Source: Barnesiella intestinihominis
GTDB taxonomy: Bacteria > Bacillota > Clostridia > Oscillospirales > Oscillospiraceae
DNA: 64,000 nt
Direction: 5' to 3'
NCBI GenBank assembly: GCA_963650135.1
Contig: CAVJLG010000058.1
Location: 436-64,435, forward strand
This document shows, piece after piece, positions 44,954 to 54,960 of this stretch; the first letter of the stretch is position 1; every line of letters starts with the position of its first letter. Made by a program: the position numbers and the translations under genes. The notes beneath the pieces were generated by a model. It ran no database searches and was not told the origin of the DNA. It worked only from the letters and a program-made list of their open reading frames with translations.

Positions 44954-45928
44954 TTAGTTCTGCATTAAAATCTGCTGTCCGGTGATCAGCGGATAGCGGC
45001 AAAGCGTTTGTCCATCCAGGTTCTCCCGGTGCATGTCCACGCCGGTAATCCGGCTGTTTTCATAGGTGGTGTAGTAGTAAATCCCCCGGTCGATATTGCA
45101 GCAGGAGGTGTAGATGGTGATTTCATACTTTCCATCCCCCATATGCACGCAGCCTCGCTGCTGGGCCACAGAACCGAGAATGTGGAAAAACTGACTGATG
45201 CTCTCGCTTTCCGACGTCCCGGAGATGGAATGGAGCTTTGTAAACGCTGCCCGAACAAAGCGCGACGCCGAAGAGAGGTCCCCGGGCATGCCCAGCATTC
45301 CCATTCCCCGGCTATAAGGGGTTAGATTCAGCTGCTGGGAAAAGTGATTTTCCGGCGGCTCGGTGGACATGCTCATATAGTTGGTCAGGTTCGTCATTTG
45401 ATAGTCGAAGGGCGGATTATTGGTGAGGATGCCCACCGGATTGTCATAAATCCGGATCCCCTCCCGCACCGATTCCACGGTAATGGCTTCTTCCCGATCT
45501 GCAATGATCCAATGCAGCGACGACACCGGAAATTGCGGGCTAAAGGGCGTATCCGCCAGGTTCATGCGCTCCAAATACGCTCTTGCCGCCTGCACCGTTG
45601 CGCACTGCCCCAAAATCCAGGGAATCAGTTCAAAGGTCGCCACATTGTCTTTTCCCTCTGCCAGGGGCTTGTAGTCCGCATTGCCTGGGAAATTCAGCCC
45701 TGCCATGCTCAGTCCCTTTTCGTTGGTGGCGTCATAGTACAGGGGATAATCCCCGGCTACCGTCGCCATGCCGATGATGGCATAATGGCTGGGAAGGCTG
45801 CCCATATGCCGGAACCGGAAGGGGTAATTTCGCGGCGTTACCACCACCTCTTCCCCGTAGGACACCTCATAGTCCAGGGTCCTTCCGAAATAATGATCCT
45901 TCGTATGATACGTTGCCGCAGTACACAT
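44954..45928 (-). CDS. bsh: Choloylglycine hydrolase family (bile salt hydrolase / penicillin V acylase), Ntn hydrolase
   Basis: The start is trimmed to the ATG at 45928 (GGAGG upstream), giving MCTAATYHTKDHYFGRTLDYE with the nucleophilic Cys2. Confidence 0.8.
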   Translation of the reverse strand: MCTAATYHTKDHYFGRTLDYEVSYGEEVVVTPRNYPFRFRHMGSLPSHYAIIGMATVAGDYPLYYDATNEKGLSMAGLNFPGNADYKPLAEGKDNVATFELIPWILGQCATVQAARAYLERMNLADTPFSPQFPVSSLHWIIADREEAITVESVREGIRIYDNPVGILTNNPPFDYQMTNLTNYMSMSTEPPENHFSQQLNLTPYSRGMGMLGMPGDLSSASRFVRAAFTKLHSISGTSESESISQFFHILGSVAQQRGCVHMGDGKYEITIYTSCCNIDRGIYYYTTYENSRITGVDMHRENLDGQTLCRYPLITGQQILMQN

Positions 45929-46079
45929 GCAAAATTCCTCCGTCCAAATTGTTATTCCACAGTATAGCACCATTGATACGGAATTACAAACGAAAAAATC
46001 CCCTCCGCAGCTGATTGATATGTACCCCCAACCGGGGGTCCAGTATTGGGGGTACATATCATGTGCAGAGGGGACAACA

Positions 46080-46532
46080 TTAAGCCTCTTCGATGACCTC
46101 CAGCTGATCGCCGGGCCGAACGATACCAGGGGTGATGATTTTTACGAAAATACCCTCTCTGGGCATCACGCAGTCGCCGGCAGCCTTCCGAATGGCGCAG
46201 TCATAATGGCAGGTCTTGCCGATCTGGGTCACCTCACCCACTGCATCGGGGCCGATTTTCAGCCGCGTTCCCACCGGCAGCTCATACAGGGTGATTCCCT
46301 TTACCAGAATATTCTCTGCAAAATCGCCGGGCTTCAGGGTGACATGGGTAATTTTGCTCTGGAGCTTGTCTACGCTCTCCTGTCCCAGCAGCGACACCTG
46401 CCGGTGCCAGTTGCCTGCATGGGCGTCGCCCACAATGCCCCAGTTCTCTCTCAGCTCAGCCTGGTCAACGGGATGCTTCTGCTCTCCCTTCTTTTCGCTG
46501 ATACATACGGCTAAAATCTCCGCCATCTTCAA
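46080..46532 (-). CDS. MOSC domain-containing protein
   Basis: ILAVCISEKKGEQKHPVDQAELRENWGIVGDAHAGNWHRQVSLL. Confidence 0.8.
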   Translation of the reverse strand: MKMAEILAVCISEKKGEQKHPVDQAELRENWGIVGDAHAGNWHRQVSLLGQESVDKLQSKITHVTLKPGDFAENILVKGITLYELPVGTRLKIGPDAVGEVTQIGKTCHYDCAIRKAAGDCVMPREGIFVKIITPGIVRPGDQLEVIEEA

Positions 46533-46638
46533 ACACTCCTTCTATCCATGGGGCCGTTGCCCCGTCGTTGTCTCCCGGTATTATACGCAGAATGGGCCGC
46601 CTTTGTCAACCTTCGACCCGATTCTTCCCCTTCCGCCC

Positions 46639-46667
46639 TTGATTTCCTACCATTCCTATAGTATATT
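46639..46667 (+). promoter_or_regulatory. Predicted promoter of the Rrf2 regulator gene
   Basis: TTGATT (46639-46644), 17-nt spacer, TATATT (46662-46667). Confidence 0.5.
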
Positions 46668-46696
46668 AGTGTTATTCTATTGGAGGAGGTATTTCC

Positions 46697-47152
46697 TTGA
46701 AGCTTTCCACCCGCGGCCGCTATGCCCTTCGGCTGATGCTGGATTTGGCGCTCCAGCCTGAGGGGGCCTGCACCTCACTCCGGGCTGTTTCCGGACGGCA
46801 GGAGATTTCTCTCAAATATCTGGAGCAGATCGTAACGCCCCTATCCCGGATTGGCTATGTTCGCTCCGTCCGAGGCGCACAGGGCGGCTATACTCTGACC
46901 ATGCCCCCGGAAGATTATACCGTTGGCATGATTCTCCGGACCATTGAAGGAAGCCTTGCCCCCATTGCCTGCCTGACCCGCGACGCGCCGCCCTGTCCCC
47001 GGCAGCCCCTTTGCGTCACCGTGGAGGTTTACCGCCGGATTGACGACGCCATTGACCAGGTGGTGGACAACATCACCCTGGCGGACCTGGTTGCCTGGCA
47101 GCACCAAAAATGGGACGCCGCCAATCTTCCCTATGAATCCAATCAGCCGTGA
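46697..47152 (+). CDS. Rrf2-family transcriptional regulator (IscR/CymR-like; three Cys: C92, C99, C105)
   Basis: (TTG)KLSTRGRYALRLMLDLA...ISLKYLEQIVTPLSRIGYVRSVRGAQGGYTL, and PIACLTRDAPPCPRQPLC. GGAGGAGG RBS. Confidence 0.85.
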   Translation: MKLSTRGRYALRLMLDLALQPEGACTSLRAVSGRQEISLKYLEQIVTPLSRIGYVRSVRGAQGGYTLTMPPEDYTVGMILRTIEGSLAPIACLTRDAPPCPRQPLCVTVEVYRRIDDAIDQVVDNITLADLVAWQHQKWDAANLPYESNQP

Positions 47153-47182
47153 GCACGGAATTCTCCCGCTCACGGCTGACTT

Positions 47183-47752
47183 TTATTGTGCTTCCCGCAC
47201 CATTTTGTTGAACTTCATGAGATAGGAAATAAAGCTCCACAGCAGCAGAACAATGCCAACGCCGATGAGCACGCTGGACAATGCCACCGGAATCCCCGAA
47301 ACCAGCAACAGCAGCGCCATCATGGCATAGAGATAGAACGTGGTCACCTTGCCGCACCACATAGCGCCGTCGTTCTTCCCGGCCTTCTTGACCGCGTATG
47401 CGCCATAGATGCCCTGGGTCATTTCCTTAATGACCAGCACCAGGAACAGCAGCTTCATAGGCCCATAGTGCTTGGCCAAGCAGCAGGCCACCACCGCCTG
47501 GGTCAGCTTATCGGCAATGGGGTCCAGTACCTTGCCCAGCTCCGAAATCATATGGAACCGCCGTGCAATCTTTCCGTCGGCAAAATCCGTCAGCCCGGAC
47601 AGCACCAGAACCCCCACCGCCAAATTATAGTCCTGCTGATCCTTGGCGTTCCAGTAAATATAGGCAAACACCCCTGCCAGCACCAGCCGAAAGGCACTGA
47701 GCAGATTGGGAATGGTCAAAATCTTGTGGCTGCGATCCGAACACAGCTGCAT
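47183..47752 (-). CDS. CDP-alcohol phosphatidyltransferase family protein
   Basis: Motif DFADGKIARRFHMISELGKVLDPIADK. Confidence 0.8.
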   Translation of the reverse strand: MQLCSDRSHKILTIPNLLSAFRLVLAGVFAYIYWNAKDQQDYNLAVGVLVLSGLTDFADGKIARRFHMISELGKVLDPIADKLTQAVVACCLAKHYGPMKLLFLVLVIKEMTQGIYGAYAVKKAGKNDGAMWCGKVTTFYLYAMMALLLLVSGIPVALSSVLIGVGIVLLLWSFISYLMKFNKMVREAQ

Positions 47753-47753
47753 A

Positions 47754-48587
47754 TCAAAGCTCCTCCTCTTTTTGATTCTTTGGGATTCCGATTCCGCCGT
47801 CCAATGCCGGAAGCACCCAGAAGGGCACCAGCTGCAGGCGGCTTCTTCGCACCGGAGCCGTCAGCTCTTTATAGTGGGCATAGAGCTCCGAGCGGGTGTG
47901 GATGGTCCGTGGCAAGGTGATGTGGGTGGTGGACAGGCTTCCCTTTGTCTTCTGATAGAAATAAATGGGCTGGGGCAGCACCGTAACCGTTGCCACATAC
48001 TTGAGATAGGTATAGTTGAAGTAGGTATCCTCGCACCAGCTGAGATCTTCCGGGCACGAGAGCATATGCTTTTCAATCAATGTCCGGCGATAGAGCTTAT
48101 TCCACAGCACACCATAGTAGAAATTCCCTGGAGCATGCATCATATGCTCCACGAACTCGTTTTTTGTCATAATCCCGGATACGCCGATGTACGCATGTTC
48201 ATAAGCCCGCTCTTCCACCACACGGTAGAAGCCTGCGGTAATCAGTTCGCTGCCCGTGGTGATGGCCGCCTGCACCAGCGTTTCTGTTGCGTCCCAGGTC
48301 ATCCAGTCGTCGCTGTCGCAGAACTGGAGATACTGCCCCCTGGCCTGACCCATGGCAAGATTCCGTCCGGCCGCCACCCCCTGATGTTCTTGGCAGAGAA
48401 GATGAAACCGCCCATCTCTCCGGCAGAAATTCCGGCAGATTTCTCTTGTCTCATCGCTGCTGCCATCATCTACAATCAGCACTTCGATATTGGAATAGGT
48501 CTGATTTTGAATCCGTCGCAGACACTTATCAATGGTTTTCGCCCCATTATACACCGGCACGATGATGCTGCCCAGCGGGGTTTGCAT
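47754..48587 (-). CDS. Glycosyltransferase family 2
   Basis: SIIVPVYNGAKTIDKCLRRIQNQTYSNIEVLIVDDGSSDET...FCDSDD. Confidence 0.85.
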   Translation of the reverse strand: MQTPLGSIIVPVYNGAKTIDKCLRRIQNQTYSNIEVLIVDDGSSDETREICRNFCRRDGRFHLLCQEHQGVAAGRNLAMGQARGQYLQFCDSDDWMTWDATETLVQAAITTGSELITAGFYRVVEERAYEHAYIGVSGIMTKNEFVEHMMHAPGNFYYGVLWNKLYRRTLIEKHMLSCPEDLSWCEDTYFNYTYLKYVATVTVLPQPIYFYQKTKGSLSTTHITLPRTIHTRSELYAHYKELTAPVRRSRLQLVPFWVLPALDGGIGIPKNQKEEEL

Positions 48588-48705
48588 ACTTTTTCAGCTC
48601 CCTAACAGTTTCTTTTATCAACATTTTATCCTCATTATAATCAGGTTTGCACGGAATGTCAACGGAGCATTTTTCGGCAAGTTTTCATTCCGCGCTGATT
48701 GGAAC

Positions 48706-48749
48706 AAAACGAGCAGAGCCTCTGCTTTTCAGAGGTTCTGCTCGTTTTA
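48706..48749. terminator. Bidirectional terminator after the MATE gene
   Basis: 15-bp stem cgagcagagcctctg / cagaggttctgctcg, a 5-nt loop, flanked by A4 and T4. Confidence 0.8.
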
Positions 48750-48760
48750 TAATCATGTAC

Positions 48761-50164
48761 TTATCGGTCCTCCAGGACCTTTTTCTCCATCCATTTTCCG
48801 CTGAAGAACCGACTCACATACCAGACGTCCCGGTCAAACCAGTCCACAAACATGGCGATCCAAACGCCCAGCACGCCAAAGCCGAAGCCCCGGATCAGGA
48901 TCATGCACAGCGCCACCCGGAATACCCACATGGACGCCGCAGAGACAATCATGCTGTACTTCACATCGCCAGCTGCCCGCATACCGTTGGGCAGCGTAAA
49001 GGCAAAGGGCCAAATAAAGGGCTTCACCAGGGTAATCATCACCATCATCTGGTGGACAATCTGGGCGCTCTCCGCACTGAGGCCCGACAGCCTCGACACC
49101 GTATCCACCGAGCAGAAAATAAAAATGCCCGTTCCGATCACCAGCAGCTCCGAGATTCCCGTCAGTTCCAGACTGTAGCGCCGGGCCTCATCAGGCCGCC
49201 CGGCCCCCATGCACTGCCCGGCCACGGTCACCAATCCCAATCCAATTGCCATCGACGGCATACTGGTGAAGTATTCCAGGGTGTTAATCACCGCTTGGGC
49301 TGCAATTTGCGAGGTAGACAGGGTTGCAATCGTGCTCTGAATCACCAGCTTGCCAAATTGGAACATGCCGTTTTCCACACCGGTGGGAATGCCAATGCGC
49401 AAAATCGTATGAATCATCTTAAAATCCGGGCGAATGGACGCATAGTGATTCAGCACAATCACCTGCCCCGGCCGATGGTGGAACCAGAGAATCGCCACGC
49501 ACTGGAGCGCTCGAGACAGCATGGTAGACAGCGCCGCACCCATGACGCCCCAATGGAACACAAACATAAACACCGCATTGCCCGCGATATTCAGCAGATT
49601 TCCCACCGCGCTCACCGCCATAGGCAGCCTGGAATTTCCCGTTGCCCGGTACAGGGCCGCGCTGGCGTCGTAAATGCCCATAAACGGGTAAGAAAGCGCC
49701 GTAATCAGGAAATAAATCTGCGCCGCGTCCATAACGTCCGCCTCCACGCTGCCAAATACCAGGTGGAGGATGGGATTCCGCAGCCCCACACAGACCACGC
49801 AGCACAGCAGGGACACCACCGTCACCGCCAGCAATACCTGCCGTGCGGACTGATTCGCCCCCTCTGTATCCCGGGCCCCAAGGTATTGGGCGCAGGCAAT
49901 GGTTCCGCCGGTGGCCAGAGCGGTCATCATCATAAGAACCAGGTTGTTGATGGAATCCACCAAGGACACGCCGGACACTGCCGCATCGCCCACCCGGGCC
50001 ACCATCATGGTATCTGCCGTTCCCATCAGGGCCGTAAACAGCTGTTCCACAATCAAGGGAACCAGCAGCATGGCCAGGTCTTTTTTCGAAAATAGTCTGC
50101 CGTTTTCCCGCAGCACAATGTCATCTTCTTTCCGGCGCATATGCGCCAAATCTGAGTTTTCCAT
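48761..50164 (-). CDS. MATE-family efflux transporter
   Basis: LVPLIVEQLFTALMGTADTMMVARVGDAAVSGVSLVDSINNL with 12 TM segments. The start is uncertain: ATG at 50164 or 50140, neither with a clear RBS. Confidence 0.8.
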   Translation of the reverse strand: MENSDLAHMRRKEDDIVLRENGRLFSKKDLAMLLVPLIVEQLFTALMGTADTMMVARVGDAAVSGVSLVDSINNLVLMMMTALATGGTIACAQYLGARDTEGANQSARQVLLAVTVVSLLCCVVCVGLRNPILHLVFGSVEADVMDAAQIYFLITALSYPFMGIYDASAALYRATGNSRLPMAVSAVGNLLNIAGNAVFMFVFHWGVMGAALSTMLSRALQCVAILWFHHRPGQVIVLNHYASIRPDFKMIHTILRIGIPTGVENGMFQFGKLVIQSTIATLSTSQIAAQAVINTLEYFTSMPSMAIGLGLVTVAGQCMGAGRPDEARRYSLELTGISELLVIGTGIFIFCSVDTVSRLSGLSAESAQIVHQMMVMITLVKPFIWPFAFTLPNGMRAAGDVKYSMIVSAASMWVFRVALCMILIRGFGFGVLGVWIAMFVDWFDRDVWYVSRFFSGKWMEKKVLEDR

Positions 50165-50376
50165 TTCTGTCCAATCGCTTGCGCTGTGACGCAATAGAAA
50201 GACACGCAAACAGGTGACCAGCCCGTCTGCGTGTCTAATCAGGAAGAAGGAGAAATGAAAAAGAATTGTTATGGCTATATAGTACACGATGGATATTACA
50301 GAAACCACCGGATTTTTGTTTCTTTTTCATGAATTTTCAAGAAATATTTGTGTAATATTTCTATTGCATTCTTCCG

Positions 50377-51063
50377 CTAGATGATGCGCTCGGCAATGCT
50401 TCGCAGTAAGGATGACACCGGTCCGCCAAAGGCATTTTGCTCCATGACGCCGCTTTTCACCAGCATCCCCATGAGCACCGTCAGAACCAATGCACAGCTG
50501 AGGCCGCCAATTACTGCGCCGCCTGCATGATTCAGCGTGTGCACCACCGGCAGCCGATCCACCAGATTCACCACCAGGCTCACTCCATGGAGCAGCAGAT
50601 AAATCACCAAAAACGCCGCCAGAAAGACCGCAATTCCCGCTACGGATTCCACAATGGTCTGGCTGATGGTCTTTGCCACGCTCTGCACCAAGGGCTCTGC
50701 CATATCCTGCGCCGCCCCCTGTACCGACTCCTGCACATCCAGTCCGAAGCCGCTGAGAATACCCGCCAGATCTCCCAGGGTAACCCGCTGGCCGCCAATG
50801 GTCAGCCCCACTTCGCCGGTCTGCTCCATGGCGTTTTCGGTGCTGTCTTCCACGCCGTCGCGGATCGCATCTGCCACATAGGCCGTAACCTTTGGCTCCA
50901 TCCACTCCGCAGCCCGGGGCGCCAAAGCCTGCTGCACCGCCGCCGCGCCCAAGCAGCTCAGCGCCAGCATCAGCAGCGTACACAGCGACAGGATCAGTCC
51001 CTTGCGATAGCCAGAGAGCACACAGATGATAAAAATCAAAAGTAAAAGAATATCTATTGCCAT
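50377..51063 (-). CDS. cvpA: CvpA-family membrane protein
   Basis: MAIDILLLLIFIICVLSGYRKGLILSLCTLL. Confidence 0.75.
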   Translation of the reverse strand: MAIDILLLLIFIICVLSGYRKGLILSLCTLLMLALSCLGAAAVQQALAPRAAEWMEPKVTAYVADAIRDGVEDSTENAMEQTGEVGLTIGGQRVTLGDLAGILSGFGLDVQESVQGAAQDMAEPLVQSVAKTISQTIVESVAGIAVFLAAFLVIYLLLHGVSLVVNLVDRLPVVHTLNHAGGAVIGGLSCALVLTVLMGMLVKSGVMEQNAFGGPVSSLLRSIAERII

Positions 51064-52412
51064 TTCGGTTCCTTTCTATCCGCAGCCAAGCGCTTCTGAA
51101 GCCGCTCCAGCAGCGTCTCCCGCTCCGGCGGACAATTTCCGTCCAACACCTCGTCCAGCAGCATCTCCAGATACTGCCCCACCTGCGGCCCCGCAGGCAC
51201 ACCCAGAGCAATCACATCGCCGCCCTTCACCGGAAGGTCCCGGACCGAAAAGCAATGCTCCGTCTCCAGCAGCGAATGAATCAGTCGGGTCATCTCCATA
51301 AGGTTCTCATAGCGGGCGCGGGTTTTGGGAGTGTCCACATGGGCCAGACAATCGCAGCGCTTGACCTCCAGCAAAAGCCGCACTGTTTCTTCTCCATACC
51401 GTGCAATCCACCGCCGGGCATTCTTTGGGTTGGCAGGCGCTTCCCGGTCATGGTCCCGCACCAGCAGGCAAACGGTATCTCGGGTCTTTTTATCCCCATG
51501 GAGCCGGTCAAAGATTCCCTCCGCCAGCTCCATGCTCCGCTGGGAATGCCCATAAAAATGGCCAATCCCCCGCTCATCCACGGTAAAGCAGTCCGGCTTT
51601 CCCAAATCGTGGAGCAGCAGGGCCCAGCGGACAATGGGATTGGGCCCGCTTTTCCCCAATGCCTCCAGGGTATGCTGCCATACGTCCCGATTATGGAAAG
51701 GACTGCGCTGCAAAAAGCCCATAGCGGGCTGGATTTCCGGCAAAACTGCGGTAAGCACGCTGCCATACTGCTCCAGCACCTTCTGGGCATAGGTTCCGGT
51801 TAAAATTCCGGTGAGCTCTTTATCGATGCGCTCACCGCTGACATAGGTAAGGAGCTGCTTTTGCTTTTCCATCGCCGCCGCAGTCTCCGGTGCAATGGAA
51901 AAGCCCAATCGGGACGCAAACCGCAGCCCCCGGAGAATCCGCAAAGCATCCTCAGAGAACCTGGTTTCCGGGTCACCCACGCAGCGGATCACCCCATCTT
52001 TTAAGTCCTGCTGGCCGCCGAAAGGGTCCTGAATCACGCCGTCTAAGCCTGCCGCCATGGCGTTGATGGTAAAATCCCGGCGCAATAAATCCTCCCGCAG
52101 GGTGCGGACAAATGCCACCTGCTGGGGGCGGCGATGGTCCAGATACGTTCCGTCACTGCGGAATGTGGTGATTTCATAGGGAACCCCCTGTGAAATCACC
52201 GTAACCGTTCCATGCTTTAGACCTGTTTCCACCACCCGGAGGTCCGAAAAGCAGGCTTCTGTTTCTTCCGGAAGGGCGGAGGTGCAGATATCCCAGTCAC
52301 CGGGGGGTACCCCCAGCAGACTGTCTCTGACACATCCGCCCACGGCATACGCCTGAAATCCCGCAGCCGTTAGCCGATTGAGAATTTCATCGGGCCCCTG
52401 TGGAATTTTCAT
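51054..52412 (-). CDS. cca: CCA-adding tRNA nucleotidyltransferase (PolyA polymerase family with HD domain)
   Basis: AYAVGGCVRDSLLGVPPGDWDICT...RFSEDALRILRGLRFASRLGF...LLHDLGKP. Confidence 0.85.
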   Translation of the reverse strand: MKIPQGPDEILNRLTAAGFQAYAVGGCVRDSLLGVPPGDWDICTSALPEETEACFSDLRVVETGLKHGTVTVISQGVPYEITTFRSDGTYLDHRRPQQVAFVRTLREDLLRRDFTINAMAAGLDGVIQDPFGGQQDLKDGVIRCVGDPETRFSEDALRILRGLRFASRLGFSIAPETAAAMEKQKQLLTYVSGERIDKELTGILTGTYAQKVLEQYGSVLTAVLPEIQPAMGFLQRSPFHNRDVWQHTLEALGKSGPNPIVRWALLLHDLGKPDCFTVDERGIGHFYGHSQRSMELAEGIFDRLHGDKKTRDTVCLLVRDHDREAPANPKNARRWIARYGEETVRLLLEVKRCDCLAHVDTPKTRARYENLMEMTRLIHSLLETEHCFSVRDLPVKGGDVIALGVPAGPQVGQYLEMLLDEVLDGNCPPERETLLERLQKRLAADRKEPKWQ

Positions 52413-52443
52413 GGCGTATGCCTCCTTTCCGCATAATAATCGA

Positions 52444-53802
52444 TTAGTTTTTCAGGCTGTGCAGGGGTGCAGGAATTCTGCCGCCTCTTGCCACAAACCG
52501 CTCTGCACTCTTATCATGCACCGGCATCACCGGCGCAGAACCGAACAGACCGCCAAACTCCAGCTCATCCCCCACGGTCTTGCCGATGGCGGGAATCACA
52601 CGAACTGCGGTGGTCTTATTATTGACCATGCCAATGGCGGCTTCGTCTGCGATAATGGCCGAAATGGTAGACGCCGAGGTGTCGCCGGGGATCGCAATCA
52701 TGTCCAGGCCCACGGAGCATACGCAGGTCATTGCCTCCAGCTTATCCAGGGTCAATGTGCCGTCCTTCGCCGCAGCGATCATCCCCTCGTCCTCGGATAC
52801 GGGTATAAATGCGCCGGACAGGCCGCCCACATGACCGGAGGCCATCACGCCGCCCTTTTTCACTGCATCGTTGAGCATTGCCAGGGCCGCCGTGGTGCCA
52901 TGGGTGCCGCAGACGTCCACGCCGATTTCCTCGAGAATCCGGGCCACACTGTCGCCCTTGGCAGGCGTAGGCGCCAAGGAAAGATCCACAATACCATAGG
53001 GGACGCCCAGCCGCCGGGCCGCTTCCTGGGCCACCAGCTGACCCATGCGGGTAATGCGGAATGCCGTCTTTTTGATGGTTTCCGCTACCACGTCAAAGGG
53101 CTGGCCCTTGACCTCCTGAAGGGCATGGTATACCACGCCGGGGCCGGAAACGCCCACGTTGATCTCACATTCGGGCTCGCCCACGCCATGGAACGCGCCC
53201 GCCATAAACGGGTTATCCTCCACCGCATTGGCGAAGATCACCAGCTTCATGCAGGCTCTGCCCTCGCCCTCGGGGGAAAGCTCTGCGGTCTGCCGGACAA
53301 TTTTGCCCATCAGAGTCACGGCATCCATATTGATGCCCGCCCGGGTGGTGGCAACATTCACGGAGGAACAAACATTATTGGTTTCTGCCAGGGCTCTGGG
53401 GATGGACTGAATCAGCCGCTGATCGCCAATGGTCATGCCCTTATGCACCAGGGCAGAAAAGCCGCCGATGAGGTTGACGCCGCATTCCGCCGCAGCCTTA
53501 TCCATCGCCACCGCAAAGGGCACATAGTCCTCGGTATCGCAGCTCTCTGCCACCATGGACATGGGGGTCACGGAAATCCGCTTGTTGACAATGGGAATGC
53601 CGAACTCCCGCTCAATGGCCTCGCCGGTGGGCACCAGGTCCTTGGCATAGCGACAAATCTTATCATAAATTTTCTGCGCCGTCATTTTCGGATCGGGGCC
53701 GCAGCAGTCCCGGAGCGAAATGCCCATGGTAATGGTCCGGATATCCAGATGCTGATGATCGATCATATCCAGGGTCTGCATGATTTCATTCTGTCTGAGC
53801 AT
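52444..53802 (-). CDS. UPF0210 (DUF711, PFL-like fold) family protein
   Basis: [33 protein letters not shown]. The start is trimmed to the ATG at 53802, after GAGGGGGA. Confidence 0.8.
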   Translation of the reverse strand: MLRQNEIMQTLDMIDHQHLDIRTITMGISLRDCCGPDPKMTAQKIYDKICRYAKDLVPTGEAIEREFGIPIVNKRISVTPMSMVAESCDTEDYVPFAVAMDKAAAECGVNLIGGFSALVHKGMTIGDQRLIQSIPRALAETNNVCSSVNVATTRAGINMDAVTLMGKIVRQTAELSPEGEGRACMKLVIFANAVEDNPFMAGAFHGVGEPECEINVGVSGPGVVYHALQEVKGQPFDVVAETIKKTAFRITRMGQLVAQEAARRLGVPYGIVDLSLAPTPAKGDSVARILEEIGVDVCGTHGTTAALAMLNDAVKKGGVMASGHVGGLSGAFIPVSEDEGMIAAAKDGTLTLDKLEAMTCVCSVGLDMIAIPGDTSASTISAIIADEAAIGMVNNKTTAVRVIPAIGKTVGDELEFGGLFGSAPVMPVHDKSAERFVARGGRIPAPLHSLKN

Positions 53803-53812
53803 AGCGTCCCCC

Positions 53813-54082
53813 TCAAATCCGGTGCATGGCATTGAAGATATCTTCCCGCTGAATGCGGACAGAAAGGCCCATGCTCAGCCCCCGCTGATCCAGTGCGTCC
53901 CGCACCAGCTCATAGGACTTCTCCGTTGTGGATAGGTCCACCAGCATATTCATGGCAAAAAAGCCGTCCATAACGGTCTGGTTGATGTCCAAAATGTTGA
54001 CGCCCAGGCTGGCAAGCTCCTGGCATACGCCCGCGATAATGCCCACGGCGTCCTTGCCGGTGACGGTTACGATTGCTTTCAT
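53813..54082 (-). CDS. ACT domain-containing protein (UPF0237)
   Basis: [44 protein letters not shown]. Confidence 0.8.
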   Translation of the reverse strand: MKAIVTVTGKDAVGIIAGVCQELASLGVNILDINQTVMDGFFAMNMLVDLSTTEKSYELVRDALDQRGLSMGLSVRIQREDIFNAMHRI

Positions 54083-54108
54083 AAATGTCGTCCTCCTAGA
54101 ATGGTATG

Positions 54109-54753
54109 CTATTTGAGTTCATCCAGCGTCAGCGTAAAGCTGTCGAGGAAGTTGTCAATAAAGTAGTGCACTTCCGGCATGTTCATATCGTCCAGTGCCT
54201 GCCGGGTCTGCCGCGCCGCCAGAATAAATTCGTGGTTCGAGGCCTTGAGCTCCTCCAGGCACTTGATATGGGCCGAGAGCTTATCCGCCGCCTTTACAAT
54301 GCGCTCCACTTCCGGCGAAATATCCTTTAGCAGCGGCGCATAGCTGTCGCGCAGAGCAGGCGGCAGCATAGAAAGCAGCTGATCCACCGCCACGTCCTCC
54401 ACCTTCTGATAGGCCTGGCGAATCTCCGGAGAATAATACTTCACCGGGGTCGGCATATCGCCGGTAATGATCTCCGGGGCGTCGTGAAACAGCGCCACCG
54501 TGGCACAGGTTTCCGGTGAAATATGGGTATTGCCATAAATCTCCCGGGAAATCAGCCCCAGCGCGTGGGCCAGCACCGCCACCATATGGCTGTGCTCCTG
54601 CACATTTTCCGGGCTGGAATTCCGCATCAGCCCCCACCGGGAGATATAGCGCATTCTGGACAGATAGGCATAGAAGGAGTATCCCCCCTGCTCATCGCTG
54701 AGCTTGGTGCGTTCCTCCGGCAAATCCAGCCGGCTCAAATCTGTATGTTCCAT
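54109..54753 (-). CDS. HD-domain 5'-deoxynucleotidase (YfbR-like)
   Basis: YISRWGLMRNSSPENVQEHSHMVAVLAHAL...FHDAPEIITGDMPTPVK. Confidence 0.8.
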   Translation of the reverse strand: MEHTDLSRLDLPEERTKLSDEQGGYSFYAYLSRMRYISRWGLMRNSSPENVQEHSHMVAVLAHALGLISREIYGNTHISPETCATVALFHDAPEIITGDMPTPVKYYSPEIRQAYQKVEDVAVDQLLSMLPPALRDSYAPLLKDISPEVERIVKAADKLSAHIKCLEELKASNHEFILAARQTRQALDDMNMPEVHYFIDNFLDSFTLTLDELK

Positions 54754-54960
54754 AAAAATCTCCTTTCCGGATCGTTGAAAATGGTGTGCCTTCCAATCCT
54801 TTCTTTGTTTCCTCCAGGCTGCTATTGTACCATGATTTTTTTCGATTGTAAATCAGACTGTCTCCCCTGAGCAAAATAATGTTCCGCCGCACAATCCATA
54901 TTGCAATCCCGGCGAAAATTCGCTACAATAATAACAAATTCTGCATTTGGAGGTGAGGTC

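Noticed and set aside
48647-50095. 482-aa + strand ORF
   Set aside because: Antisense to the MATE transporter gene. The translation is His/Arg/Gln-rich and lacks motifs.
52378-53835. 485-aa + strand ORF
   Set aside because: Antisense to the UPF0210 gene.
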